A stretch of DNA of 64,000 bases, from positions 9,306-73,305 of the forward strand of contig CAJFCJ010000040.1 in NCBI GenBank assembly GCA_904063045.1. The letters are read 5' to 3'. Below the pieces are notes generated by a model that was not told the DNA's origin, made no database searches, and saw nothing but the letters and a program-made list of their open reading frames with translations. The translations under genes and the position numbers were made by a program. The stretch comes from Dimorphilus gyrociliatus (taxonomy: Eukaryota; Animalia; Annelida). The number at the start of each line of letters is the position of its first letter. Position 1 is the stretch's first letter. This document shows, in pieces, positions 25,461 to 37,899 of the stretch.

Positions 25461-26919
25461 ATTGTAATTTTAATTTTTTAAATATTTTGAAAAATGTCTT
25501 CGTTTTTTCTTCATTCAAATTACACCTCCAGACAGAGATTGACTTCAAAGTGTAGCAGGGTGTTTTCAATCCATAACCCATTTTGCTATTACCAGTTAAG
25601 TCCAATAATGAACAAACATAAAATGTTTCTCCAAGAAAATTTGCTTAAACATTATTTAAATTGCACAAGACAATAGTGACTGTTTTTAAACAGTTGGAAG
25701 ATAAATGCTTGGCATATACTAAAAAAAAGATTCTTAATAGGACAGATTCTACATTCCAATTAGTAACATTTTATGTGGTCGCCATTTTGATTTTGTGTAA
25801 AATATCTGATACAATTTTAGAAAACTGTGACTAATCTTTAAATTTAAACAGTAGTGAAATTTTCTAGTGCTTAAATTGAAAATGATTACAAATGGGTATT
25901 ACTAAAACACAAACGATAATTGATTGATTCTTTAAAAAAAATCTTCTCTTCTTTCTACATTAATCATAGTGAAGTTTCTCATCATCTTCCAAAAAATCTC
26001 TTCTGTTCAGTTATATTTGCTGATCTAAATTTCGACAGTTTCTTTTGATGGACCCTTTTAAAAACTTTGACACTTTTACAAATCCATAAAAAAAATGACG
26101 CTGTCGCAGCTCTAGCCTCTCTTACTTGTTGTAAGTCAACGGAAGATATCATCTCCTGAGCTCTGATTATAATGCCTGGGTGAACTTTTAAGATTTTCAA
26201 TTTCCTTATCTTCTTGATGATTGATTGTGATGAAACGAATTTAATATGCTTTTGACATTCATTCCATTTTTTTGATTCTGATTCCGGAATTGACAAAATG
26301 AGAAGCGCCGCTTTCATAACGGTATGTACAACAGATGGCGGTTTCGTGTAATTATGTAATTCGGCTATACATCTTTGATCCATTTTAAGTATTCTATTCT
26401 GTGATCTTTTAATCTCTTTTAAATTGTTTAATAGTCTATTAGCCTTCCAAAGTTCTTTTCTCAGTGAGTAGTTGACAGGTTCCACTGATGCAGGCTTAAT
26501 AGCTTTTTTAAATTTCTTATAGTCCTTATTAGAAATTGCTCTAATCAATTCTATAAACAAATAAGAATTTGACCCAAATTCGATTAAATTAAAGTTAAAG
26601 AAAAATAAAATACCAGTTTTTATAGGATTTAGATGCATCTCTTCTTTTGTCGTGTTTGTATTTATTTCCAGTTTGAGTGCTAAATTCTTGTTATCTTGTC
26701 CAGTTTCTTCATGAACTACCTATTTGAATTAAGTTGAATAGTTTAAATAGTAATTGAAAATTGTTTAAAACTTACAACTGTTGGCTGTTCTTTGTACTCA
26801 TTAATTGGTGTTTTTACTGTTTCATCAATAACTTTAGTTGAATACTCAGCATCTTTATTTTTTGTATCGCCTTTCGAATTGGTTTCTATTGCCTCTTCAT
26901 CGGAAGAAGATGTTGTTAA

Positions 26920-27000
26920 TTCAGAATCTGTATCTGTATATGATTCTGTGCTTGTGTATGATTCTGTGTCTGTACTTGATTCTGTATCTGTGTCCCTATC
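26920..27000 (-). repeat. 18-bp coding tandem repeat (TDTESS / TDTESY / TSTESY)
   Basis: Repeated gattctgt(a/g)(t/c)ctgt units inside an acidic exon. Confidence 0.7.
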
Positions 27001-28029
27001 TATATCGCTTTGGTAGTCAACCTCTGCTTGATTATCAATATTATCATCATCATCATCTTTCTCTTTTTCATGTGTTTGTTCTCCATCAACATTTTCACCA
27101 TCTTTCCCATGAAGATACTGTTGGAAAATTTTTTGATTGATTGATTGATAACATGTTGGAAGAGAAAAATCTACCATTTTTCTTATATTATAGAGAGTTT
27201 CTCTAATTTCAACATAGCAAGGAGAATTATTAATACTACTCTGTTGGTCGGGGTTGACAATATCTGTTGCAGGCCTATTCTCTTCTGTTGTTTGTTCTTC
27301 ACCAATCATGACGCAGACATAAAGCTGAAATATATGAGTTATTTTTGTGTTGCACTCTCCTCCACTCTGTATTGCAGTTATATCATTTTCCTCTTCGGAA
27401 TACTGTTTTAAAAATTTTTTCAAATTCAAATTCAAATTGACTAATTAATTCAGTATAAACAGAAATCTTACACTTGCTTCATCATTTTTATTCCAAAATG
27501 CTAATTCATCATCATATCTCGCAAAACCGCATCATTAATAGGCTCTGAAGTAGTCCTATCTCTTTCATTTTGTTTCCATTCTTTACAAAGCAGAGTAGAA
27601 CAAAAACTAATCTCATTTGCATAAATTATTTTTATTCCAATTGTTTGACTATTTTCCCCTTTAAAAGTCTGTTGAAAATTTTCTAAATTATTTTAAAAAG
27701 AAAAATTTACAAATTAGAATTCATCTACTTTTTCAGTATCTCTATTTTTTTTATAGTTATCATATTTTCTCATGATTGCTCTCCATTAATATGATACCAA
27801 AATCTTGTATTAGGAATATTAGTTTTTCTTAATTCTCTTTCAGTTTCTTCATTAGTAGAAGAGATCTGTTTGAAAATTTTTTTATTATTATTCTTATTGT
27901 AATGTCTTTTTTGGTACTTTCCTTTTTGTGGGAAGATTCCGCTGATTCCATTTGATCCCTTTTTTCTTCATAATCAGGTGCTGTCCCAGCCATATTCTCT
28001 AGCACTTTTTTCTCTACTTGTATTTTTTT

Positions 28030-28160
28030 CTCTTCCTCTTCCTCCTCTTCCTCTCCCTTTTCTCCTTCTTTCTTTTCCTCTTCCTCCTCTTCCTCTCCCT
28101 CCTCCTCTTCTTCTTCATTTTCCTCTTTTTCTTTCTCTTCCTCTTCTCTCTCTTCTTCAT
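28030..28160 (-). repeat. Poly-Glu coding GAG/GAA low-complexity tract
   Basis: Pyrimidine run on the + strand, translated as EEEEREEEEKEKEENEEEEEEG in ORF 27829-28485. Confidence 0.85.
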
Positions 28161-31053
28161 TTAGAAGTGTTTCATCATCATAAACATCAGAATGTGACAG
28201 TTGAGCAGTTGTATGAAAATCTTTATACCTTAGAATTTCAGAGAAATGTTGAGTGCGTTTTGAATATGCTGCGTCTATAATTAAATCTCCTAAACCTCTA
28301 CAAACTTGAACATAACAAGTCCAAATATCATTTTCAGGTGTGAAATTTATTATATCTTGACTATTTTCTGTTAAATAAGCTCTAATACCATAACCATGAA
28401 ATCCTGAAATCTGCAATTTTACAGTTTCTCCATAATAAAGTTTTCCAAGCCTTTCAATTAATTTATGGTTGTTGTTGGATAACAAAAGACACTTTCACTT
28501 GTTTCAATAACATAAAAATAGCAAATATATATTAAATTGTTGTCTTTAATAGAATTTATCTCATTTGCATAAATAAGACATTTATACATTCCTTTATATG
28601 GAAAGTTGATAAAAAATTGAACATATTGAACAGTATTTTCAATAAATGTATATTCATTACAATCAATTTCATGTTCATTTTCATTGAAATAAATTAATTT
28701 TATATCAAATTGACTTGATTTTGTTTTGTAAAATTTAAAATTAATTGAATTTCTACATTGTTGAAATGAATTGAAATTCAAATCAATTTTTAAATCAATT
28801 TAGTTTTCCAATTTTTGAAAAATGATGATCTCTTGGAAAGATAATTTTACATTTAGGTGTCTTATTACAAATTGCCATAAAGGAACAAATTGGATGGTAG
28901 ACTATCTCTATCGGTTTTTCACTATTCTTCCTACAGAAATTCAATAAACTGCAACAGTTATTTTCGTATTTAATTCTCTCTTCTATATAAATGTTAATAC
29001 CGTATTCGCCAACAAGATGGAAAAAACAATTTAACAATTACAATGCCATTTTCAAATGTTGTTATGCAATATTGTTTTAATGTTGTTGAATTGTATTTTA
29101 AGCTTGTAAGATCAACGTAAAATTGATAATCTTCATCATCAACTTCGAAGCTGATTTCGGCAAAATTCTCATCGGTATTGAATATTCCATTTGCAGGGGA
29201 TAAATTTCTTGGATTACCAATTGGGGAATGATAAATTCTTCCAAGTTCAGTATTTTTCACTGTAGGAAAAGGATTGATTTTTTCACTTTCTTGTTGTTTT
29301 GTATACTGAATCTTGTAGTGCAAACATTTCTGCAATTCTGTTTTAACATTCTGTAAACCTGCAAAAAGTTTTAGTTTGTAAGTTGTTGTTTTAGGTAACC
29401 TTAGATGTATAATTAGTAAATTTTCCATTCTATTCTGATACATTGCAACATAATTTTGTGGATTAAAATTTCCATTCATTATCTCCTGTTGAACTTTCGG
29501 TAATAATTCAATATGGAATACTACAGGATGGTTTGTATTTGTCTGAATAGTAATTTTATTAATAGCACTCTCAGTGACGATTACACCTCTTGGATGAGAG
29601 ATAATACCAAGTTTTAATTGGAAAAAGATGGATGGAAGATATACAAGATCCTCAAATTCTTTAAAAGACACTTCCCTAGCTAATAATTGATACTTTGGAT
29701 CATTTGGAAAATGATCATTTCTTCAGGATTTCTAAGAAAATAATTATCATTGTATTGATAAGTAAATTTTCCATTATCTATCTGTTGTTTCGAGGCAAAT
29801 TCAATATCGCAGACACCGTAACTGATCTATATAAATTAAATTCCAACTACTACTTAAAAAAGGGTTAACTTCCTGTTGACACTCATCCCAATCTGTTTTA
29901 ATAACACCTTCAACTTCTTGACATAAAATATTGGCAAAATTACAAATTATCCCAAAAATTTCACTATAAGATAATTTATTTTTCCATACTCTATATAAGA
30001 AATAAATCATTCCATCTTCCCTCGTATTATTTTCCTACGAAATTCTATCTAGATTGAGCGATGTCAACCAACGAAATAGAATTCTAATTTGGAATATTTC
30101 GTCGTGTTTATAATTTTCAATTACAATTTCAACAACTTCCTTTGGTGTTTTACTTAAAAATGTTGTAGAATTGTTTAAAATAGCAAATTGATCTACCTGA
30201 GAAAAATCATACATTTTCAATATTTCATCTTTTGTATATGGATTTTGATATATAGATTCATTAGATAATTGAAATTGTTGATTTTTAACAATCTCTAGCC
30301 ATTCAACATTTGCAAGTCTAAGATTAACATTTGTTGGAAAGTCAATATTTTTAAATTGTTCTTCAAAATATTTTTTTATTCTTTCAAATTTCTTTTTAAT
30401 TTCTGTAAAAAATTTTTTAGAAATTCAAAAAACACCAATTTTTATATTTATATATAAGTAGTATATTAAAATTTGTTTGTTTTTTTTTTATCTGGTACTA
30501 AGTAGATTAGAATAACAGTTCTTGAAGAGAATATTGAGAAACTACTCATACTTTTGTGTCTGGATACCTTTTCTTTTCATTCAATAGGTTCTATAAAACT
30601 ATTTATATCAGCAAAAAAATTTTTTCTAGAGAGATATCAACTTAGAAAGTAGAGAATTCTTTTACTTTCATTCACATTTATTGAGCTTAAAGGTACTCAA
30701 TGAATTATTTAATTATAAATGTTTATTAGTTTCTGCTGATAACATTTTATCACTAACTTTTTTTTAATTGAAATTTCTGTAGAGAAATTAAAAAGTAAAT
30801 TTTGAATTATCAATTGAAGTAGCCAATAAATGATTAAACACCATTTAATCACAACTTTTTAAGGCTCTTATCATCTTATCATATTTATAGATATTTGAAT
30901 ATTGTATTCACATAGGTTGATATAAACTGTCATAAATTCAACTTCTTCCTGTTCAGGCCTACATCAGCTGAAAAATATTAAAACAAAATTTTTTCTAATC
31001 CTAGTGTACAACTTTCGTTATATTTGATGCTTATACTATGCTACTATATACCA

Positions 31054-31260
31054 GGGACTGGTCGAAAACGGCCATAAATGAAATATTTGAAAGTTAGATT
31101 TCAGCCTGGGAAATGGTTAGGAGGAATAAGATAACTGTTGATATGTTCTTAGGAGGGTCCCATCTAAGGGTTAGGGCTATTCAAAAAGGTTACGCAAAAA
31201 CAAGGGCTGGGTTAGGGTTAGGGTAAAACCATAGATTTATGGCCGTTTTCTACCACATCC
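31054..31260 (+). mobile_element. MULE-type MITE, 207 bp, TTAGGG core, GTAGAAAACGGCC TIR type
   Basis: Perfect 9-bp TSD TATATACCA (31045-31053, 31261-31269). 26-bp imperfect TIR gggactggtcgaaaacggccataaat / atttatggccgttttctaccacatcc. Confidence 0.9.
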
Positions 31261-31319
31261 TATATACCACTTATCTATGTATGTACTTTTCTCAAGTGTT
31301 GAACTTTGCAACATATTGT

Positions 31320-32160
31320 TCCTAGACCACCAACTGCAAAGTGCTGATTGGATATTGGAGACAAACCTACAAGTATATAAACCCTCATTAAGGGAGTTGA
31401 TTCAGGACTGAATGCCTGTTACTACCTACACCCTGCTTTTATACAATTCCTTATCAGTTGTTTATGTCTTAGCTGTCAACAACAAGGGTCTAACCCCAGA
31501 TAAGGGTTGTTCACAACAAATAGGGTCAAGGGTTATCAAGTTATGCAATAGTGATGTAAACAACAACAACTTTGTGTAGGTTAACCCTCAAGGGTCATTT
31601 GTTACATCATATTCATGTAAATAAACAACTTGTTGTTGTTGTCAACATGTTTGGTTATGTAATATCTTATCCTTTGCCTATAAAAGGTGTTGATTCTGGC
31701 AGTTCGGTACCATCTACCCCAGAGGCATCATCTACTTAAACACTTCTACCATATGGTAAGTATTATTCATAAAATATTTATAAACTATAGTTCATAAGTG
31801 TACATAAAGCATTTAAATTAAACACTTTGTTTAAAGGTTTCAGTAGAACCAGTATTATCATATCTTGCAAATGTATAAATTTGCCAAGCAAGTGCAGAAG
31901 GGTTTGCAATGAACTTTGCAGTAAAATTATTGTACTCCCCTTGCTTGGCGTAAAATGTAACAATTTTAATGCAACAAGTCAAGCAATCAGCATTGTTAAT
32001 ACTTATTTTGTGCATGTTTTTTAAATCAATAAACTCTGTTCTCTATTGTAGAAATTTCTGCTTTTTCAGAACAGTAATTGTCCTTTCTAATCATTTACCA
32101 ATTTACCAAAGTACTCACACAAATGGAACCTTTCAAGTTCCTACATAAAAAGTCTTAACA
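31320..32160 (+). repeat. Mosaic LTR-like repeat: D-like promoter, CAA-rich interior, F, host-gene fragment, A(rc)
   Basis: gattggatattggagacaaacctacaagtatataaaccctc resembles cassette D. aaacactttgtttaaaggtttcagtagaaccag matches F. 31894-31930 matches 12368-12404. 32040-32160 is module A on the minus strand. Confidence 0.55.
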
Positions 32161-32450
32161 AAAGCTATTTTGGTAGAAATTATTTAACAAAAACATTGTT
32201 AAATGTGTTGTGATTATATTGAAAATACCATTGCAATATCCTAATGTCCGATGTTGTATTAAATAAACCGAGTGATTCAATTATAAATAAATTATGATTA
32301 ATATAAAAGACAGTTTTTTTGCTTAATCATGTTTCTTCTTATATTTTATCAAATACAAATCAAAATGGCTGACGTAAAGATTTCATTCTTGCAGAGATTT
32401 TTTTTATTACCTTCTTGAATGAAATCTGTAGACACAAAACAAATTGTAAT

Positions 32451-32834
32451 TCAAGGTATGAATATTATTGTTAAAGCTCCATCAATTGCCTCTTTTAAAA
32501 TGCCTCCACGGAATTTTAACTTAACATTATCATTTTTCAATAATTTTAAAAGAACTCCACCAACTGCATAACCAGCATAGTCATGTCCTTGAGTGCCTGA
32601 TTTGTATGTTTGTGATTTTTTATAGTCATTAACATCAATATATATTTCCAATAAACCACTTTTTCCTCTATTTGGGATGTTGAATGTAATATAATAAATG
32701 CCTGTTAGAGGAACTTTAAAAGTATTTGTAGAAATATTCCAACAATTCCATGTATCAACAACAACATTTGGCGAAAAGACAACGTCTCTAAAATAATAAG
32801 GAAGTGCATAGAAAGAGAGGGTGGGCACATACAT
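32451..32834 (-). CDS. C1q globular domain (5' end not resolved)
   Basis: VVFSPNVVVDTWNCWNISTNTFKVPLTGIYYITFN..GGVLLKLLKNDNVKLK, the C1q F.aP..G.Y.F and L.L..GD.V pattern. Confidence 0.75.
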   Translation of the reverse strand: MYVPTLSFYALPYYFRDVVFSPNVVVDTWNCWNISTNTFKVPLTGIYYITFNIPNRGKSGLLEIYIDVNDYKKSQTYKSGTQGHDYAGYAVGGVLLKLLKNDNVKLKFRGGILKEAIDGALTIIFIP

Positions 32835-33240
32835 AAATAGCCAACCAATTTAACAATTTAACATTGTTCCAAGACACATGTCTTATGGCCAAATAAGAAA
32901 AAAAATCAGAAAACTATTGTAATTTCTAAGGGTTAGGAGTAATCAAAAAGATTAAAGAGAGCCAAGGGCTAGGTTAGGGTTAAACTGTGCAATTCTTTTC
33001 TGTCGTATCTGTAATTTTTGTACACAATATTTTATTGCTTGATATATTTTGCTTATTCATAAAATACACAGATTACATAACAAACTGACAAAGTTTCAAT
33101 ATAGATTTTGTTTAAGGTCACGTGACATATACACATTCCACTGCTAATCAATGTCAATTAGAATGTAAGTTACTTATGCATTGATGGATTAGGATAAGGA
33201 TTAGGAGGAAGATTAATAGCACGAGAAGAGGAATTATCTT

Positions 33241-33834
33241 TTAAACCTTGAAAAGTGTTTTTAGTAGATGTTGAATATTTACATTTGGGTTAATTATCAG
33301 TTGATGAAGACCACATTTCTTGATCTGTTCTCTCTGTTTATCGTGTATGCTACAATATCTTGTATCTAATCCATCAAGTTTGGATAAATGCTTTCTGCAT
33401 CCTTCAAACAGTAACAAATGATTAATACTATAAAAGCTAGAAAATACACTACCTGGAGCACAAATTAAATTTGTTGTATCTGTCATTAAATCCATAGCAA
33501 GGCCTTTTACTTGACAGATGATGGGCTTTACTGTTGCCATGCAAACATTCATTTCTCTCAAAATTTTACAGGATTTTTCTATATTGAAAATGTGAGATTT
33601 ATCAGTCAATTTTAAAGCACAATTTCTATAACTTTCTGTGCACAAATCATTATTGTTATCATCATCAATGTCATCCTCAAAATCTAAATTAGTCAACACC
33701 TCTTTCGCTGACAAACCAAATAGCACAATTATGACTGAAAGTTTTGAATATTAAAAACAAATTTAATTAATTAGAGTTAAATGCAGTCAGTACTTTAACT
33801 TACTAATTACAAACAGGGTTTCGTATTTGTTCAT
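33241..33834 (-). CDS. Secreted Cys-rich protein of unknown family, possibly the N-terminal part of the C1q gene
   Basis: ATG at 33834, a short exon and a GTAAGT...TTTCAG intron give a signal-like MNKYETLFVI-IIVLFGLSA, followed by an open frame with regularly spaced Cys. Confidence 0.45.
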
Positions 33835-34355
33835 TTTTTGCCTAAATAATTTTGTAAGTCTTTGACAAAACCGAATGAAAGTTTTCATTGATATTAACTT
33901 TGCCATTTTAAAATTAAAGGAAAATATCAATAATGCCGCCATTGCATCTGTCATAAAATGCTTGTTTTTTATGTTATCATTCTTTCTTTTTCAAAAATTT
34001 GATAGGATATCCGTTTTGATAAAACCGTTGCTATCAAATTTATATATATCTAATAGGAAGTAAAAAGAAAACAAGGATGATAATTTAAAATACTTCCTTT
34101 TATTAGCAATGTTCAGGGTTAGGACATGTAATTTTGGACATGTGCCACTGCAAAACAAGAATGAAAAGCATTAAATACTATCAACTATAAAGTTCACGAA
34201 ACACAACAAATTGGTATGAAGGACAGTATTACAACACAAAATAAAAAAAAAATCCATGATCTTTCGAGGTAAATGTAAGACAGAAGGAGAAGTGGATAGT
34301 GCTGTCAGACTACTGCAAAGAGTGAAATACTTATTGGTAATGGATTGCTTAACAT

Positions 34356-34820
34356 TTGCTAACAAATCAAAAAACTTTTCTTTTCGATTTTTGTGATTTG
34401 AATGAAGATCAATGCGTTTATGTTGAAAATCTGCTAAAACACTACTCTATGATTGAGGAGATGCTTCTGGGATGGAATAGAAATATGGATTTATCATGTA
34501 TCTTCGATGGCCTTAGAAATTCATCTGAAAATTTGAAAATTATTGGTCTGAATAACTTTAACATAGATCAAAATACGGCTGAAATTATTGGAGTTGCATT
34601 AATGGATCTCTGGAAATTGGAAAAAGTATATCTGCAAAATAAAATTTGGCAGAGCATGGAAATTATTAGTAAAATTTTGAAAAAGTCTTCTAACAAACAA
34701 ACTCTGAAAATCACTGATCTAAAATATGTGAATTTAGATGAAAAAATGGTTTGCTGGAAATATAAATTAAAGAAAAGCTCTTTGTTTTGCAGACCTATTA
34801 AGGAAATGCTCAAAAATTGA
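34356..34820 (+). pseudogene. RI-type LRR remnant related to 14098-15456
   Basis: FCDLNEDQC..VENLLKHYSMIEEMLLGWNRNMDLSCIFDGLRNSSENLK resembles one 56-aa unit and degenerates on both sides. Confidence 0.6.
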
Positions 34821-36024
34821 AAAGATATCTCTAGAAGATAATCAAAATATGGATTAACCTCGTATCAAATGTATGGTTTGAAATTGTTAATTAACAAAAA
34901 TCAATAGGTTCTTTATTTTCAATTTTATCATTGGTCTTAATATCATTTTTTGACAATTTTCCTCTTTCCAATACAAATACTATAATTTTGATAAAGTAAC
35001 TATGTGAACCTAGTTTAATCCTTCTGTAACATCATATATATTTGAACCTGTATTTAGGCACGTTGGAGATGGATCATTTGTTTCTAAACAAATTGTTGAT
35101 ACTACACGTCAACAGACGCCATCTTTAAAATGATGTATTCTGAATTGTGTACCATTCAAAAATTCATAGTATAAGGCAATTCTTTGTTAATTTTTCACTA
35201 TCATTGCTATCTCCTGTGACTCAAAAAGCTGTAGCTCTTTGTAGTCACAGTGTAAAAAGTGTCGTGATCTACTTTTCAAAATTTGGTATATTTAGTTCAT
35301 GTAGGCCTAAGAGGGTTAGAAAGAAAAGCTTATTTGATGGTGAAAAGAATTGTTAATGTTTGACCTATCAAAATTTATGGTGTTCCAATTTTTATCCGGC
35401 TTACTTCATATGGCGGTATTGTACATAAACCCAATTCTATTGTTAATCATTTGTATGAAATGATATTGTGCTAATTGAATGACTCTATAAAATGAATACT
35501 TTGTGAAGTATAGGAACACAATATCAATAATTAGATACAAGTTAGTATTTATTCAATTCTGACAGAGGTATGTTAAAATCAAGAGTATGTTGCATTTTTT
35601 CTGTATGTTTAATATTAACTGCATTCGAAATATTATTTCTTCAAAATAAGAAATCTCAATTACTGAAAAAATATATTTATCAGTATAATGTTGATGATGA
35701 AAGGAAATTTTACTTAAATGAGGTATTTTAAAAATTAAATACAATAAAAAAATAATCAATAAGAAGCTGAAAAAAAAAATTGAAGAATAATAGTATTTTT
35801 CTGTCAATTATCAATTTCTGACCTGTTTCAGTGAAGACATATTGTCTAAATGATTAAGTGGACAGAATTCAAAAGAGAAATTTTTGTAGAAAAAAATTGA
35901 AATTATCCCTAGCTAAAACAGTGGTACCAAAAGTTTTTGAAAGAATCTTAATATTTAAACTAGTATAATAATATTTCAAATTTCCAGACATTTAAGTGAT
36001 AAATCTCGAATCTTTTATCTAATC

Positions 36025-36810
36025 ATCACTTTACAGTTGCAAAATTGTCTACTTCATATTTATGTTTAGAAACAGAATGTTACAAGGTTCAACACTTAAG
36101 AAGGCTAATTGAATTATAACTTGGCCAAAGCTTAACTGATAATTAAAGATGAACCTTAAGGATGACTAATCACCTCTATGTTTGGCCAAATGTCATTGTA
36201 TTTTCTTGGGTAGGTTTTTTTAAATGGTACATGTATCAATTTTTGCATAAAGTAATTGTACTTTGTTGTATTGTAATTGTAGGAATTTCTGCTTCTTCAG
36301 AACAGTATTCGTCCTTTCCAATCATTTATCAACTCACCAAAGTACTCACACCACTAGTATCTTCCAAGTTTGTCCACAAATAGTCTTAATAAATGTACTT
36401 TCAGTAGAAATTAATCAACAAAATGCCAGCATTTCATTTAAAGAATTGAACTAACAAGCTGGGGAAATACATTTCCCAGATTTGGGTTCAATTGGTCAAA
36501 TATAATGTTCAGATTAGGCCCATGTGGCCAACATGTGCCAGTGCAAACTAAAGCTATTTCCTATGGGGCTGACAGAAAACGTCCCCAAGTGAGATTTTTG
36601 AAAGCAACATTTCGGATTGAAAAATGGTTAGGGTGAGTGAAGTAGCCATTGATTTGTAGTTAGGGGGTTCCTTCTAAGGGTCAGGGGTAATCAAAAAGGT
36701 TAGGGAGTGACAAGGGCTAGGTTAGGGTTAGGGTTAAATCATGCATTTGGGGACATTTTCTGTCATAACCATTTCCTACATAATAGAGTTCCTTCTAAAG
36801 TACTATAAGT
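36025..36810 (+). repeat. Patchwork repeat D(end)-B-A(rc)-C interrupted by a MITE
   Basis: aatgttacaaggttcaacactt matches 16889 and 46008. 36255-36390 is module A reversed. Module C resumes after the MITE at 36771. Confidence 0.7.
36565..36770 (+). mobile_element. MULE-type MITE, 206 bp, TTAGGG core
   Basis: TSD ATTTCCTAT / ATTTCCTAC (8 of 9 match). TIR gacagaaaacgtccccaa / ttggggacattttctgtc. Interior ggttagggttagggtt. Confidence 0.9.
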
Positions 36811-37899
36811 GAACTCTATGAAATAGAAGTATATCTATAGTTGCCCCATTGTAATTCCTATAAAATATAAATCTTTCTAATATCTAAAGCTAAATCTTTA
36901 AATGTGCCTATTAATAGGATTTGGAGTCCTGATATTCTTTTTTCTTATAAATTACTTTTGATAGGGCACGTAAATAAGTTAATCTTGCAGATGCTCTTGC
37001 AATTGTTGAACATGATGGAACCATCTTTTACATTCCCCCAAAGCTAATAACAGTAAGTTCTATAGTTGTATATTTTAATATAATCTATATTCTATCTACT
37101 TTTCTTTCCACTCAATTAATGAACTAAGGTAAGATTTTGGGTATCTTCAATACAAGTATTGAAAAATTAACAAAAGAAATCATTAATAATATTTCATTCG
37201 ATTATTATTCTTACAAAGAGATAAATTGCGAAATGATGTCATAACCAATCAATTACCATTAAGTTGTTACTCAATTGTTACTCAAATCGATTTCTTCCAA
37301 TGTTTCACATATTTCAAAACAATAACATAAACATTAAATATGAGTTAAGACATTATCTATACATCTATCAAACTCGAATAATGAAGTTATGAATTGTGTC
37401 GCCACCTCTAGCAGAAACAATAATCTTATACATGACAAACTATCAGCAAAACAAAAAGTTTGATTGTTATAGAAATATTTCATGAAATTAGAATCAGGGA
37501 ATGAGATTAACAGCTATCAAGCTTCACAATACAATTTATATTACTTTTTCAAACATATTTTCAATGAAGTTTTTATATTCATACAATGTTTCAGTATCGA
37601 CATTTTCCCCATCCAATTTGTCTACAACTTTCATCAGTGGAGTATCCAAAAGTTATTCCATATAGAAGTCTTTTTTAACAGTTGTAGTCTTTAGTTTCAT
37701 AACTTACAATTGAATTTGAATTGTTTCTAAATCATACTCATCATATAAATTATCATCCAAACAATCATCTAATTCTTCCAGATCCTCTGTATCAATATAA
37801 AAGCATTTAAGCATGTCTTTTCTTTCTGCTAACTGAGAAACTGTATTGCATTATGTTTTACTTGATTCAATCTGTCTTTTAGTAAATTGCAAATATCAA

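Larger units (their letters stand above)
25982..30400 (-). pseudogene. KY/hillarin-type transglutaminase-like gene with Ig-like KY repeats; several frameshifts; 5' end uncertain
   Basis: IRILFRWLT, LSYSEIFGIIC..ANILCQEVEGVIK, SSWNLIYIDQ, FTYQYNDNYFL..P, HFPNDPKYQLL. Repeats TYKLKLFA, GEYGINIY, GMYKCLIYA. C-terminal ELHNYTKPPSVVHTVMKAALLIL...W. Frame changes near 29715, 29030 and 28470. Confidence 0.7.

Noticed and set aside
27978-28280. Leu/Pro-rich ORF, and likewise 14454-14639, 14946-15299, 26792-27140 and 59270-59551
   Set aside because: These are antisense shadows of real coding or low-complexity regions.
36263-36454. ORF LYCNCRNFC..NHLSTHQSTH as a SWIM or C2H2 zinc finger
   Set aside because: Spacing fits neither motif, and the frame has stops in other copies of module A.
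36717-36736. True telomere or chromosome-fusion site
   Set aside because: Only 2-3 TTAGGG units, always within MITE-derived sequence.
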